Source: an uncultured virus (IMG/VR IMGVR_UViG_3300042307_001315) (Duplodnaviria > Heunggongvirae > Uroviricota > Caudoviricetes). From it: a stretch of DNA of 64,000 nucleotides. The stretch lies in IMG/VR virus record IMGVR_UViG_3300042307_001315. One strand, 5' to 3'. The translations under genes were made by a program, and so were the position numbers. Shown piece by piece: positions 30,964 to 41,900 of this stretch (within the stretch, counting starts at the first letter, position 1; each line of letters begins with the position of its first letter). The notes beneath the pieces were generated by a model that ran no database searches, had not been told where the DNA came from, and saw nothing but the letters and a program-made list of their open reading frames with translations.

Positions 30964-33900
30964 TTATAAAGTGAAAACATCACTTACTATGGTTTGAACT
31001 AAAACTTCACCACCAATCGGAGATGTATTACCATACGGTTTATATTGTACTTGTAATCTAAAATTCCCCAATTTATTAATATTAATTAAATTAGTGTATT
31101 TAGTTGAGGCACCTCCACTACCACCATAACTTGCAATTTCATATGTCTCAGCATATAAAACTCTATTATTAATAGCTTTTGGTTCGTCAAATGGTTCTTG
31201 AGTTGTTAATTGATATGTAATATATCCTCCATCCGGTTTTTTAATATTATAATAACTCCAACCATTTCCTTGTAACTCAGTAGACTCACCTATTTTAATG
31301 AACGCAATTTGTTGAGGTGGGAATGTTGGTAATGTTTGACTAGTTGGAACATTGTCAACAGGAACTTGAGGTTGATTTGGTAATGTATACCAAACTTTGA
31401 ACGGGAATTGTTGCACCACAGGTTGTTCTTGTCCTTTATACGCTTTAAGAATAAACACAATATCTATTTGTGTTTTACCTTCAATTTTCGGTATATTATT
31501 TATAAAATAACTTTCAACATCTGTCAAGGTAATATTAAATTCGTTATTTGATACTTGTCCACCAACACCTTGTACACTTTGTGAAATATATTTTCGAGTT
31601 ACCTTACCATTAACTTCTTCCAATTCATACACAACATATTTCATATCCGGATTAGGAGACATGATATATCCTGCCAATTGTGAATTTATTTTAACATTTA
31701 ATGACTGAGTCTTACTAGCATTTAATTGAACTGCAGTACCAATCATAGTTAAAGGTCCTGTGTTTTGAGGGTTAGTATTTGGCGTCTCTGATTGAGTTGC
31801 ATTTACAGTTTGATTTTGTGGGTTTTCATACCCACCCGGAGATGCAGCTGATGACGCAGTGATTGATGGGTCAAATGTATAATCATTAGTACTTGTTACG
31901 GTACCATTAGGCGTTACAATAACAATCTTACCTTTATTTACCACAGTACCCGTTCCAATTATTGGTGTGTTAAATCTCAATGTTGTATTATTAAATACCG
32001 TGAATCCTGTTGCAGGAACACTAACCCCATTAACAGTTATTGAGGTTGTACCATTAAAACTAACTCCATTAACTTGAACTATAGTTCCAGTATTACCTGA
32101 TAAAGGAGAGAATGAAGTAATTGATGTTGGTGGACATGCTAATTGTGAGGTAACCGCCGCAGTATTTGGAACACCATTTGTAGTACCTTGACTTTCAACT
32201 TTATTAATAATATTTTTTAAATCCTCAACAATCGCTTTAGTTGCAACACCTACACTAAGTGCCGAGGTTAACGCTTTATCAAATGTTTCTTTAGTTTCAG
32301 TATATTCTTTAGTATGTGAATCATAAGTTGCTTCACTAACATTTTTAACCGGCCAATAACAAGCATAATATTTAACAAGACCTAAGGTCAATACTTGTGG
32401 AACTCTTTCCTGTAATCTAGCGGTCATAAACGATACAAACGTATCAACTGATGCAAAATTGGCAACAGGTGTTGTTCCTTTAGTTGACGCATTTGGATTA
32501 AGATTTACACAAGAATATGTACTAAGGAATGTGCCGTCAATTTGACCGTAATCAACATTTAATGGAGCGGTCGCAAAGTTATAATTCCAACCATTAAACA
32601 CACCTAATTTACTATTACTATCTTTTTGGAAAGTTCTAAGATACGCAATACAATAAATAATTGTTGCTAACTCAGGGTTATTTGGCATAACTCGTTTAAG
32701 AACATCAGCAAATTCTTTTTCAGTCATTTTGGTAAGAACCGCATTAGTTGCCTGATATTTTTTAGACAAATAAATTGGAAGTACCTGACTTTCGCATTCA
32801 TTTGGTGCACCTTTTGTATTATTCGCAGATTGAACAGTATTATTGGTTTTATTAGATTCGGTTGACGCACTTAATACGTTAATAGTATCTTTTTTAATTT
32901 TAAGAAGTTCCTCAACTTTTGTTAATAAATTTTGATTAATACTTTGAATAAAACTATCAATTGCAGGTAAATCATACACTCCTTGTCTAATACCCTCAAA
33001 TTGAGTTTGGAATTGTCCAGGCTGTATTGAATGCGAAACTTGCTGTATCATATATGGACCATTAAACATTGGAACGTGTCTTAAATTAAAATACATCGTT
33101 GGTTGTAATAAAGCATTTCCTAAACAAACAACAGAACATTTATAACTTCTTTGTTTATAAAGATTATACAAACCCGCATTTTGTGTTGCAACATTTTTAC
33201 CTGAAGCTTGGTCAACCATATTTATCTGTGTTGCAATTGATTCAGAAGTTGCAGTACCATTATCTTGAGAAACAGAGAACGAGTAAAATACATTTTGATT
33301 TCTTACTCCAATATCAACGGTAAACCCAACACATTTATTTGAAACCCCCCAATCTTTTTTACCAACTTGATTTTCAATCAAAGGATTTTCAGAGGCACGA
33401 CTCATATTAAATCCATCATCTCTAAATCTAAAATTACCTTTTGGTAAATCTAAATATTGAGATGGTTTCCCAACATAAAAACAAACCATTTTAGAACTTG
33501 ATTTTCGATAATCAACATCTAAAAATGTTCCCCATAAACTATTGGCAAACTCTAATGACCCTTCAGCTCTATTTGGTATTGTTGTACCATCAACATCCTG
33601 AACATTATAAAAATTAATGTAAGCAGGTAGGTTCATTACAGTAAAATTATTCTTAATCAATAATCCACTAATAAACGTATAAACACTCATGGTTTCGTTT
33701 AAAGATTTCTCACTAAACATACTCCTCATCTCAAAAACATCCAATAAGATAGTATCACCAATATTTCTTGACGCTCTATCCAAAAATAAGATATCTTCAA
33801 ATAATGTTTTAGTTTTGTAATCTCCACCCGCAATCCATTTATCATTTAATGCTTTGAATACCTCGTAATTCTCAACTTTACTTTGTTGTCCATCAATAAC

Positions 33901-36900
33901 ACTTTGAATGGTTTTTTCAGGTAATTGTTGTTGGTCCGGTAAATCTCTTCTAACACCATCTAAAACAAGATTTAAAAAATTATCTTGTAACACACTCTCA
34001 CTAGTTAGGTATTGGTTAATTTGAGCTTGGAACTGAGCAACTGTTGTAGTCGGATTTTTCAACTTCTGAGTTGCGTACATTTTAATAATTGGTGCCAATA
34101 ATACAACATTCTCAACTGAGAATAAAATATTATTATCAATAAAGAAATCTGTAATATATGAACCTGTACTACTATATCTAACATTATTTATCGTTGAGAA
34201 CCCAACTTCGGTTTCAAGAGCAATCCAAGCATTTGGATTTAACGATTGAGACTGGCTAAGACTTAATGTACTTGTTTTAGTCGGTAATGTGTTTTTTACA
34301 TATGGTTGGAATTGAATTGGGTCAACAACTTTTTGCGCGTTATTATGTGAAAGATATGAATCAAAAATTCTTCTTTTATAATTTGACGGATTACCATATC
34401 TAAATAAGATATCATAATTCATAAAATCTTTAATACCCGCTTGGAAAATATTATATTGAACATCAATGATTTTAGAAAAATATTCAGGGTCCAAAACACC
34501 ATTTCCTTGAGCAGGTACCGTCATTAAATTTCTAAATAATGATTGGAAATTTCTAAATGTTGCATTAACTTGAACTACCGATGTTTCAAACTGAGAAACT
34601 TCCGCACCTGTTGAACTATTAGTAATTGGTTTACTAAAATTTAAAAACTCCTGTTCAAATGAATCTAATATTTTTTTATCAAAAACTGAAAATATCTCTT
34701 CAATTTTAGTGTAATTATCTCCATTCAAAAAGTATAATGGAGATTGTGTTTCACCACTATTAATTAAATTAATATAAGAATCCGGTTGAGGGTATGCAAT
34801 TTGATTAGCATCGAAATATCCATAGTTAGGCGCTGACCATAAAGTTCTAACCGAACCATTATAAACACTAGGGTTTGATGTTAAATCAACTTTAGTATTG
34901 TTACCTGTTGTTAAATCACCAATACAAGCAACCTCAGATTGATTTAAAGTGTTACCAAATGACGGAACTACAAAATAGTCGGTACCCTTAGTATTATTAA
35001 CAGGATTACAATTAACTTCAGGATAATAATTACTACTACTAAGTAAAACCGAATATGTTTTAACACTTAATGATTTACCGTTTTGGTTTGCATCTATATT
35101 AGAGTCTTTATAGTTGAACAATTTCATTCCACCATCCACACTTTTTTGAATTTCAGCATTAGTGTAATCATCATACAATTCAAATCCATTATAGAAAACG
35201 TTGAAGTCATTAATTACTTTAGGATAAAATCCAATATTCATGTTCGCAGTAATCGGTGTCTCTTCTTGTAATGTTATTGAAATAGGGGTACTATTATAAT
35301 TAAACTGATAGTTTTGAGTATTTGACTTTAAAATAGGACTATAATTTGTTGTGTAGTCAAAGTTAGTCCAAGCCGTTGTTAAAATATCAACATTAGATTC
35401 TTTGTATTTTTTATAACGATGCCAAATTGAACCATACTTTAATATCCAAGCATAAGGTAATTTGTGAATTGCTCCAAATTTTTTCAAACAAGATGATATG
35501 TAATCTAATTCATCAACAAAAGTACCCGTATTAGTTTTATATCTTTCTCTTAAAGTGGCCAATGGTAATGAATTTAAGAAAAGGTAAGCCGATTGAACAT
35601 ATGGATATGGGTCACTGCTTCTATTATTTTGTACACCATTTATTATTGAATTAACAAAATACGGTGTATTCAACATAGAAGTTGTAGTTTTGAATGGTAA
35701 CTGATTTGTTGGTGTCGTAAAATCACAATACCCCTCAGTTGCAATAAAATTTTTAGGTTCTCGACTTTTATAATAATCAACAAACCCATAAGGATTTAAT
35801 AAATTAAATTGTACCGCAACTAATGACGGATTTTCATTTTGATAAAATGAAAAATTTGTAACCGGTCTATTAGTTGTAAAATCATAAACATCATTAAAAT
35901 TTGAAATAATTTTTCTTGGTTCAAATATTTTTAAAGTTTTCTTTGTGTTATAAACTTCGTTACCCACAGATTTATTACTTGAACTTAAATTAGTTAAACA
36001 CCATGTAGGGTCAGTATATGGTAATGTATCCACAACCAATGGTTCATTTGACGCATTTTTTAATAATGTTTCAAGAGCTAACGATTTAGTACTTACTTGA
36101 GGTATTTTCCCAATATCCGATGTTGATAAAATACTATACGAGTTGTCTACCAAATTTTTAATATATGGTGTAACAAAGAAATCACGAATATAATCCTGAT
36201 ACGCTCTTCCGGTACCATTATTTGAAATAGTACTCAAGAACTCAGGATATGAATTTGCTTTTAAATTATAATTTTTAAGTTTTAATGTTAAATAAGGAGA
36301 ACTTATTCCAAGACCTTTCACAATATTATTAACTTCAGCCTCAACATTTAACTTAATTAATTCATCAATCTGATTAGAGTTTGCTCTAATTAACCCTGAA
36401 TAATGAGAAGTTAAAAATTGTCTCTCCCAAATTTCATAAAAGAATTTTACCTCTTCTTTATTAACATAAGGTAATCCGGCAGACGGAAATTCAATTGCAT
36501 TAATGTTGATTCTATTAGTATCTCTTTCATTATCTAATGGTGGTGGGGCAATTGGCACACTGAATTTTTGTGTTATACCTTTCATATACTCCTCAACAAA
36601 TTCAACTTCAGGCCATTTATCAAACAAGTACCCTTGTGTTAAATCAACAACCGTTGGGTCCGCAATATATTTTAATTGGAATCTACCTTTTTTATCTTCA
36701 GGTGTTTCAACAAAAAATAACGGCCATGGGTAAACAGGCTCTTTAGCGTTTGCTAATCCTTGATTTGATTCTTGAGCACTCGTAGATATCTCAAAATTTT
36801 GTCTTGTCTCAGAACTTTGTGCAGAAGATGTATTGTCCATAATTGCCCGTTTTCTAACAGGGTCATATTTAACATTCCAAGCATTTGTATGTACATCATC

Positions 36901-38652
36901 TAATAAACGAATAAACGCCTCTGCTGACGCCATAACAACAGCAATCATATTTCTTACGGTAGGGGTAAAACCTAATCCTGTTGAGGTGTCTTCAATTTTT
37001 CTTAATAATTCAGCTGAGATTAACGCCTCATATTCTGACAATTTTTTATTGGCATTAGTTTCAAGTAATGAAATTTGACTATCAAATCTATTATTACCTT
37101 CAAATATAAAATAAGTAGGGGGCACGACTTCAGGTGTTTTTCTCCCATTAACATCTTTTAATTCAAGAATTGGAATTTTTGTTTGGTATATTTGTTCTTT
37201 TAGAGCTTTGATATCCTCTTCGGTCGGTAGTGCTTTACCTGTTTGTGCTCTAACTGTTTCCTTCCAATTAATTGCACCATCCGCCAACTCAATTGTAAGG
37301 TTAACATATTTAATTGGGTTCGGTATTGGAGATTCCCCGTTATCACCTAAAGTGGCATTTTCAGCTAACGCTTTGTTAAATTTAGTTACATAAGTTTTTA
37401 ATAATTCAATCGCGTCATTTTTTGCTTTTTGTTCTAATTTTTTGAAAACATAAACCCTTTCATTTGTATTATTTAAAATAATTGGTTTTGGGTCAAGATA
37501 AGTATTAAACCAAGAAACATTAGCACCTCTAACGGAAGAAAAATATTGTTTCAGAATTTCTTTATAATTTCGAATATTAGTCAAAGGTTCAACTTTAGCC
37601 TTAGGAAATGAATTCATTATATTATTCTCAAACGTACTTAACTTAGTCATTAATTGAAATACCGTTAATTCAGGTAAATCAGGTGCAATTAATCCTTTAG
37701 ATTTATATTCACTATAAACCTCAGCAATTTTTTGATAACCTCTTTCTGAAACTATTTGAGTTGTAACAGCATCACCACTTTGTGAGTTGTTTTTAGTAAC
37801 AACACCTTGTACGCTTGATTGGGATTCAGCAGCTTTGTTTGATTCTTGAGTACCTCCCGGAGTTGTTGAAACATTAAAAGTTTGTCCATACATATGTGGA
37901 ACCGCTAATAAATGTCCCATTGAGATTTCATTAAGTACATTAAACTTATATCCCTTAAACTTTAAACTAACTTGATAATTCCCACTAAACGAATTAAATC
38001 TGGCATTAAAAGTTTCTAAATTTAATTGATATCTAATCGCTTGTCCATAAAATCCTTTTAACGTTAAATAAAATGGTGGATATGGTAAATTAAAAAACGC
38101 AGAGTATGGAGAGTTATTCCCTAATTGAAATAACGCTTTACCTTGAACGTCTTCCAATTCCATTGTTACCGAAGGAACAAATGATGAATTAGTCGTAACA
38201 TTAATTTGTGTAATACCTAATAATCCATTGTCAAAAACATCTTTTAAATTTGCAGGAGAACTAATAATATAAGGTGTATCACCATCTTTTGGGACTACCG
38301 CCTTTTCCATCATTTGATTATCACCTTTGAATTTTGTTGTATTCTCTCCCGTTAACTCATCGTAATAACCTACGCCTAAAAACGAATCTTTAGTTGGTTT
38401 TAAGAAATTCATTTTAGCAACAGATATAGTTCTAATTCTATCTTCAGGACTTGCCCCTACCGCAAGTTTAGTTCTTGGAAGAACTTCCGCTTCCAAATTT
38501 GCATACATCACTAAGCTCTCATGGTCTATTAATCTTTCCTGTATTTTACCCGCAGAATCAATTGTTTTGTTAGGGTCAACAACAATAATATTATTGTAAT
38601 CAAACTCTACTAATATATCTCCGTTGTTGTCTGCTCTTAAGTTACCTGCCAT
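30964..38652 (-). CDS. Giant baseplate hub-like protein (gp27/gpD-type C-terminal segment) with IPT/TIG Ig domain
   Basis: 2562 aa; CSVVCLGNALLQPTMYFNL...NGPYMIQQVSHSIQPGQFQTQFEG; SITSFSPLSGNTGTIVQVNGVSF; follows a gp53/LysM-like gene. Confidence 0.65.
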   Translation of the reverse strand: MAGNLRADNNGDILVEFDYNNIIVVDPNKTIDSAGKIQERLIDHESLVMYANLEAEVLPRTKLAVGASPEDRIRTISVAKMNFLKPTKDSFLGVGYYDELTGENTTKFKGDNQMMEKAVVPKDGDTPYIISSPANLKDVFDNGLLGITQINVTTNSSFVPSVTMELEDVQGKALFQLGNNSPYSAFFNLPYPPFYLTLKGFYGQAIRYQLNLETFNARFNSFSGNYQVSLKFKGYKFNVLNEISMGHLLAVPHMYGQTFNVSTTPGGTQESNKAAESQSSVQGVVTKNNSQSGDAVTTQIVSERGYQKIAEVYSEYKSKGLIAPDLPELTVFQLMTKLSTFENNIMNSFPKAKVEPLTNIRNYKEILKQYFSSVRGANVSWFNTYLDPKPIILNNTNERVYVFKKLEQKAKNDAIELLKTYVTKFNKALAENATLGDNGESPIPNPIKYVNLTIELADGAINWKETVRAQTGKALPTEEDIKALKEQIYQTKIPILELKDVNGRKTPEVVPPTYFIFEGNNRFDSQISLLETNANKKLSEYEALISAELLRKIEDTSTGLGFTPTVRNMIAVVMASAEAFIRLLDDVHTNAWNVKYDPVRKRAIMDNTSSAQSSETRQNFEISTSAQESNQGLANAKEPVYPWPLFFVETPEDKKGRFQLKYIADPTVVDLTQGYLFDKWPEVEFVEEYMKGITQKFSVPIAPPPLDNERDTNRININAIEFPSAGLPYVNKEEVKFFYEIWERQFLTSHYSGLIRANSNQIDELIKLNVEAEVNNIVKGLGISSPYLTLKLKNYNLKANSYPEFLSTISNNGTGRAYQDYIRDFFVTPYIKNLVDNSYSILSTSDIGKIPQVSTKSLALETLLKNASNEPLVVDTLPYTDPTWCLTNLSSSNKSVGNEVYNTKKTLKIFEPRKIISNFNDVYDFTTNRPVTNFSFYQNENPSLVAVQFNLLNPYGFVDYYKSREPKNFIATEGYCDFTTPTNQLPFKTTTSMLNTPYFVNSIINGVQNNRSSDPYPYVQSAYLFLNSLPLATLRERYKTNTGTFVDELDYISSCLKKFGAIHKLPYAWILKYGSIWHRYKKYKESNVDILTTAWTNFDYTTNYSPILKSNTQNYQFNYNSTPISITLQEETPITANMNIGFYPKVINDFNVFYNGFELYDDYTNAEIQKSVDGGMKLFNYKDSNIDANQNGKSLSVKTYSVLLSSSNYYPEVNCNPVNNTKGTDYFVVPSFGNTLNQSEVACIGDLTTGNNTKVDLTSNPSVYNGSVRTLWSAPNYGYFDANQIAYPQPDSYINLINSGETQSPLYFLNGDNYTKIEEIFSVFDKKILDSFEQEFLNFSKPITNSSTGAEVSQFETSVVQVNATFRNFQSLFRNLMTVPAQGNGVLDPEYFSKIIDVQYNIFQAGIKDFMNYDILFRYGNPSNYKRRIFDSYLSHNNAQKVVDPIQFQPYVKNTLPTKTSTLSLSQSQSLNPNAWIALETEVGFSTINNVRYSSTGSYITDFFIDNNILFSVENVVLLAPIIKMYATQKLKNPTTTVAQFQAQINQYLTSESVLQDNFLNLVLDGVRRDLPDQQQLPEKTIQSVIDGQQSKVENYEVFKALNDKWIAGGDYKTKTLFEDILFLDRASRNIGDTILLDVFEMRSMFSEKSLNETMSVYTFISGLLIKNNFTVMNLPAYINFYNVQDVDGTTIPNRAEGSLEFANSLWGTFLDVDYRKSSSKMVCFYVGKPSQYLDLPKGNFRFRDDGFNMSRASENPLIENQVGKKDWGVSNKCVGFTVDIGVRNQNVFYSFSVSQDNGTATSESIATQINMVDQASGKNVATQNAGLYNLYKQRSYKCSVVCLGNALLQPTMYFNLRHVPMFNGPYMIQQVSHSIQPGQFQTQFEGIRQGVYDLPAIDSFIQSINQNLLTKVEELLKIKKDTINVLSASTESNKTNNTVQSANNTKGAPNECESQVLPIYLSKKYQATNAVLTKMTEKEFADVLKRVMPNNPELATIIYCIAYLRTFQKDSNSKLGVFNGWNYNFATAPLNVDYGQIDGTFLSTYSCVNLNPNASTKGTTPVANFASVDTFVSFMTARLQERVPQVLTLGLVKYYACYWPVKNVSEATYDSHTKEYTETKETFDKALTSALSVGVATKAIVEDLKNIINKVESQGTTNGVPNTAAVTSQLACPPTSITSFSPLSGNTGTIVQVNGVSFNGTTSITVNGVSVPATGFTVFNNTTLRFNTPIIGTGTVVNKGKIVIVTPNGTVTSTNDYTFDPSITASSAASPGGYENPQNQTVNATQSETPNTNPQNTGPLTMIGTAVQLNASKTQSLNVKINSQLAGYIMSPNPDMKYVVYELEEVNGKVTRKYISQSVQGVGGQVSNNEFNITLTDVESYFINNIPKIEGKTQIDIVFILKAYKGQEQPVVQQFPFKVWYTLPNQPQVPVDNVPTSQTLPTFPPQQIAFIKIGESTELQGNGWSYYNIKKPDGGYITYQLTTQEPFDEPKAINNRVLYAETYEIASYGGSGGASTKYTNLININKLGNFRLQVQYKPYGNTSPIGGEVLVQTIVSDVFTL

Positions 38653-38965
38653 AATAATAAAAATGATTTTCTAATGCTCCCTTATAGTCCTGTAATGAAG
38701 GTAGTAACGGAAATGGTATAATCAATACCGCACCATCATATATGGTATTTTCTAAACCACCAAATTGAGGATTTGCTTGAAGTATCAACCACCCAAAATA
38801 TGGTGAGTCATAATAATCCTGAGATACTTTATCCAATCGACTTCTACCCACTTTATAAATAAATGCTTTATCCGTAGGTTTTTGAGGTAACTGCACGTAA
38901 GGTACAACGGTTTGTTCACCGTTAATTAGAAATTCACTATACCTATTCCAATATTGAAATGCCAT
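38642..38965 (-). CDS. LysM-like baseplate protein (T4 gp53 / P2 gpX-like)
   Basis: RLDKVSQDYYDSPYFGWLILQANP...GAVLIIP. Confidence 0.8.
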   Translation of the reverse strand: MAFQYWNRYSEFLINGEQTVVPYVQLPQKPTDKAFIYKVGRSRLDKVSQDYYDSPYFGWLILQANPQFGGLENTIYDGAVLIIPFPLLPSLQDYKGALENHFYYYGR

Positions 38966-41900
38966 TAATTAAGTTTTACTTTTGATATGTATGCTCCTGT
39001 TGAAACTCCGTCATCGGAATTCCATTTATTATTATCTGTGTTTCTATTTGTAGTATCCGCCAATGAAGATATCATAGTTTTTTGTGATTTTATCTTATTG
39101 TCACTTCCATCAGTATCTGTTGTGTAGGTAAATACTCGTGTTTTTTTATCGAATGGTGTAAATTTTAAATAATTTTTCAACTTATTTTTTTCAACATCAT
39201 CAATAAACGCCTTTGTTGTATTATTCTCATCAACAAACAACGGTCTTGTTTGAGTAACCCAATAGTTATCAAACTTAGCCTCAACATCATCAAACCCACC
39301 ACTTAATAAACCACTATTGTTAATAATATTACCAATCATCGCAGTTTTAAATGTTTCATATTTTTTAACATCAACAACATCATCAGAAACTATCATATAA
39401 ACTCTTCTAAAAATATTATTTTCAAATTTAGCATTTTTACTAAATGGTTTAAACACATTTTCAACAGTAATACTACTGTCCAAAGATTTACCTTTAGTAT
39501 CCGTTTCAAAAACTAAAGTACCTTTATAAGCTAATTTGTCTGATGGATTAATAAACTCAGTTTCACTCCATATCAGAAGATTAAACTCTTGGATACTATC
39601 GTATATTTTTCTAATGTCATTATCAAGTTCAACTAATGTATTAGAAGCCCCTGTTGATGACGTATGAACTTCCGACGTTCCACTAGTCACATACACTTTA
39701 ACAGGCCCTGATTTTGCCTGATATCCATCAGTACCACTAGGGTAACTTGTTGCATTAAAATTTATAATATTAGCCCTACCGATTGTTTGAATATATGTCT
39801 GTTCTGTAGTTGTAATATCTTGAGTTATTTTAGTTATAGCGTTTTGAAATGACGCTCGTTTGTTTTTTACAAAATTTTTATAATTTTCTTTTAACTGACG
39901 AATCACTTTAGGTGAAAAATTACAAACAGTCGACGACATAAAAGTAATAAACCCTTCATCCCCACTTTGAATATTCGATTCTAATTCACCAAAAATTGCA
40001 TCAAATCTTTTTTCAACATTACTCGGTTTTCCAAATAAAACAGATGCCTTTGGGTCAACCCCAAAATTACCTTGTGTATAAGAACGTTCCAACATCCATT
40101 GTTGTCTAACCGCATTATTATATTGATTAACACTTTCTTTTGTTTTGTTAACAACTGTTTGGAAATATGTTTGAGTTTCATTGACAAACTTAACCATAAA
40201 GTCAGAATAACTAAGAGTTCCTGTTTCAGTATTTCCTGATATAACATTTGTTAATGTAACACCAATTGTACTATTATTGTTTTGACCATTCTCAACCGCC
40301 GCTTGATTAATTGCCGGTGCCTGTGGAGGAGATGCCATCGCTAAAAATTCTTTATCTAAAACTTTTAAGAAATCTTCCTGTGCGGTAGCATCCGCCCTAT
40401 CATCCCAAATTTCAGTATTAGCATAATAATTAAACGTTAACGCATTTTGTAATTTATCAATAGATTCTTTTAATCCACTACCACCAACAAATTTAAACCC
40501 TAAAGTTACATTCGCAATCATTGGTTGAATACCAATTCCTTCTGGATTAATATCTAACGATTCATACGCAAGACTTAATGATTCAGGTATAATTTTTGTA
40601 TTATAAAAATCCCCAATACGTAATACTAATACCGGAGGTGCTCCAAATGACGTATTCGTTGCATTATTGTATTGTAATTGTTGTTTACCTGCAATATCCT
40701 TAATTGTTGGAATAGTATCTCCCGGTCTCATACATTGTTGTAAAAATGTAAGACGAGAGTTTAATCCTTCAGGTGTTGTTGAATGGAATGCCGGTTGAAA
40801 GAATTTCAACTTATCTCTAAGGTTATCATAAACCATAGGTGTTTCAGCTTTGATTGTTTCGAAATAATCACACTCCGATAATAACGCTCTCAACACACGT
40901 TTAGTAATGTTATCTCTTGGTTTCCATTCTTGTGAAACAACTTCTTCCGTAACTGTTTTTAATACTTTATTTTCTTCAACAATTGTCGTGTATTGTGCTG
41001 GTGGAGTTGTTGTAGGTTGTTTAATTGTTGGTAATATTGTTTTAACATAACCTCGTCTACAAGCCATTGCATTTGTAGTTGTAATATCATTAGGTCCTAC
41101 CTGTGCAGTATCTCCTCCAACAGCGTTAGTATCGTTATCAGAACAATTTACATTTTTACCAATTTTATACGCTTTAGTTGCAGTATCAAACTGTAAAACC
41201 TGAGCATTTTCACCATATACAGTTGTCGCTTTAAGTAATAATTTTTGTTTTGATAAAAATGGTTTTAAGGAATCACTTTCTTCAAAAAACTTAATAATCG
41301 AAGCAATTCTTCTTTTAGCCAACTCAATATTATATGATTGAGTTGCAGGTGCAGAACAACTAGCATCGATAGTAACCGTTATATTACCTTCACTATCTTT
41401 GTATTGAGTTAATTGTTTAGCCAAATCATTAACAAATTCTTTTGCTAAATTATAATTAGGGATAACAACCGAATCAAAAAATACATTAGTTTCTTGAGCG
41501 TTCGGTCTAGTATTATAATATTGTCTATTACCCGAACTAGTATATCTTGTAAATTCTTCAGTATAATTAGGAATTGGTTTATCTTTTTTAGGATAATCAT
41601 TTCCAAAATAAAAACCTAACTGTTCATATTTTTTAAAATCAACATTAGTGTTTCCACCACCACCTTCTTGAGCCACGTTAACATCAGCGCCGGTTGGTGA
41701 ATTAACACCAGTTTGAATAGTTTTTTTAATATACTCAGTTTGTTCTTTTGTTGTTTCCTTAGATGATATCGCCTCTTGTAGTTGATACAAATCATTTGGA
41801 TTAACTGTATAATATTTTTTAGCTAATTCATATAAATCATATTTTCTACATCCGGCAAAGAATGATTCTAAAATACTATCAACTCTAACTTTATTAGTTT

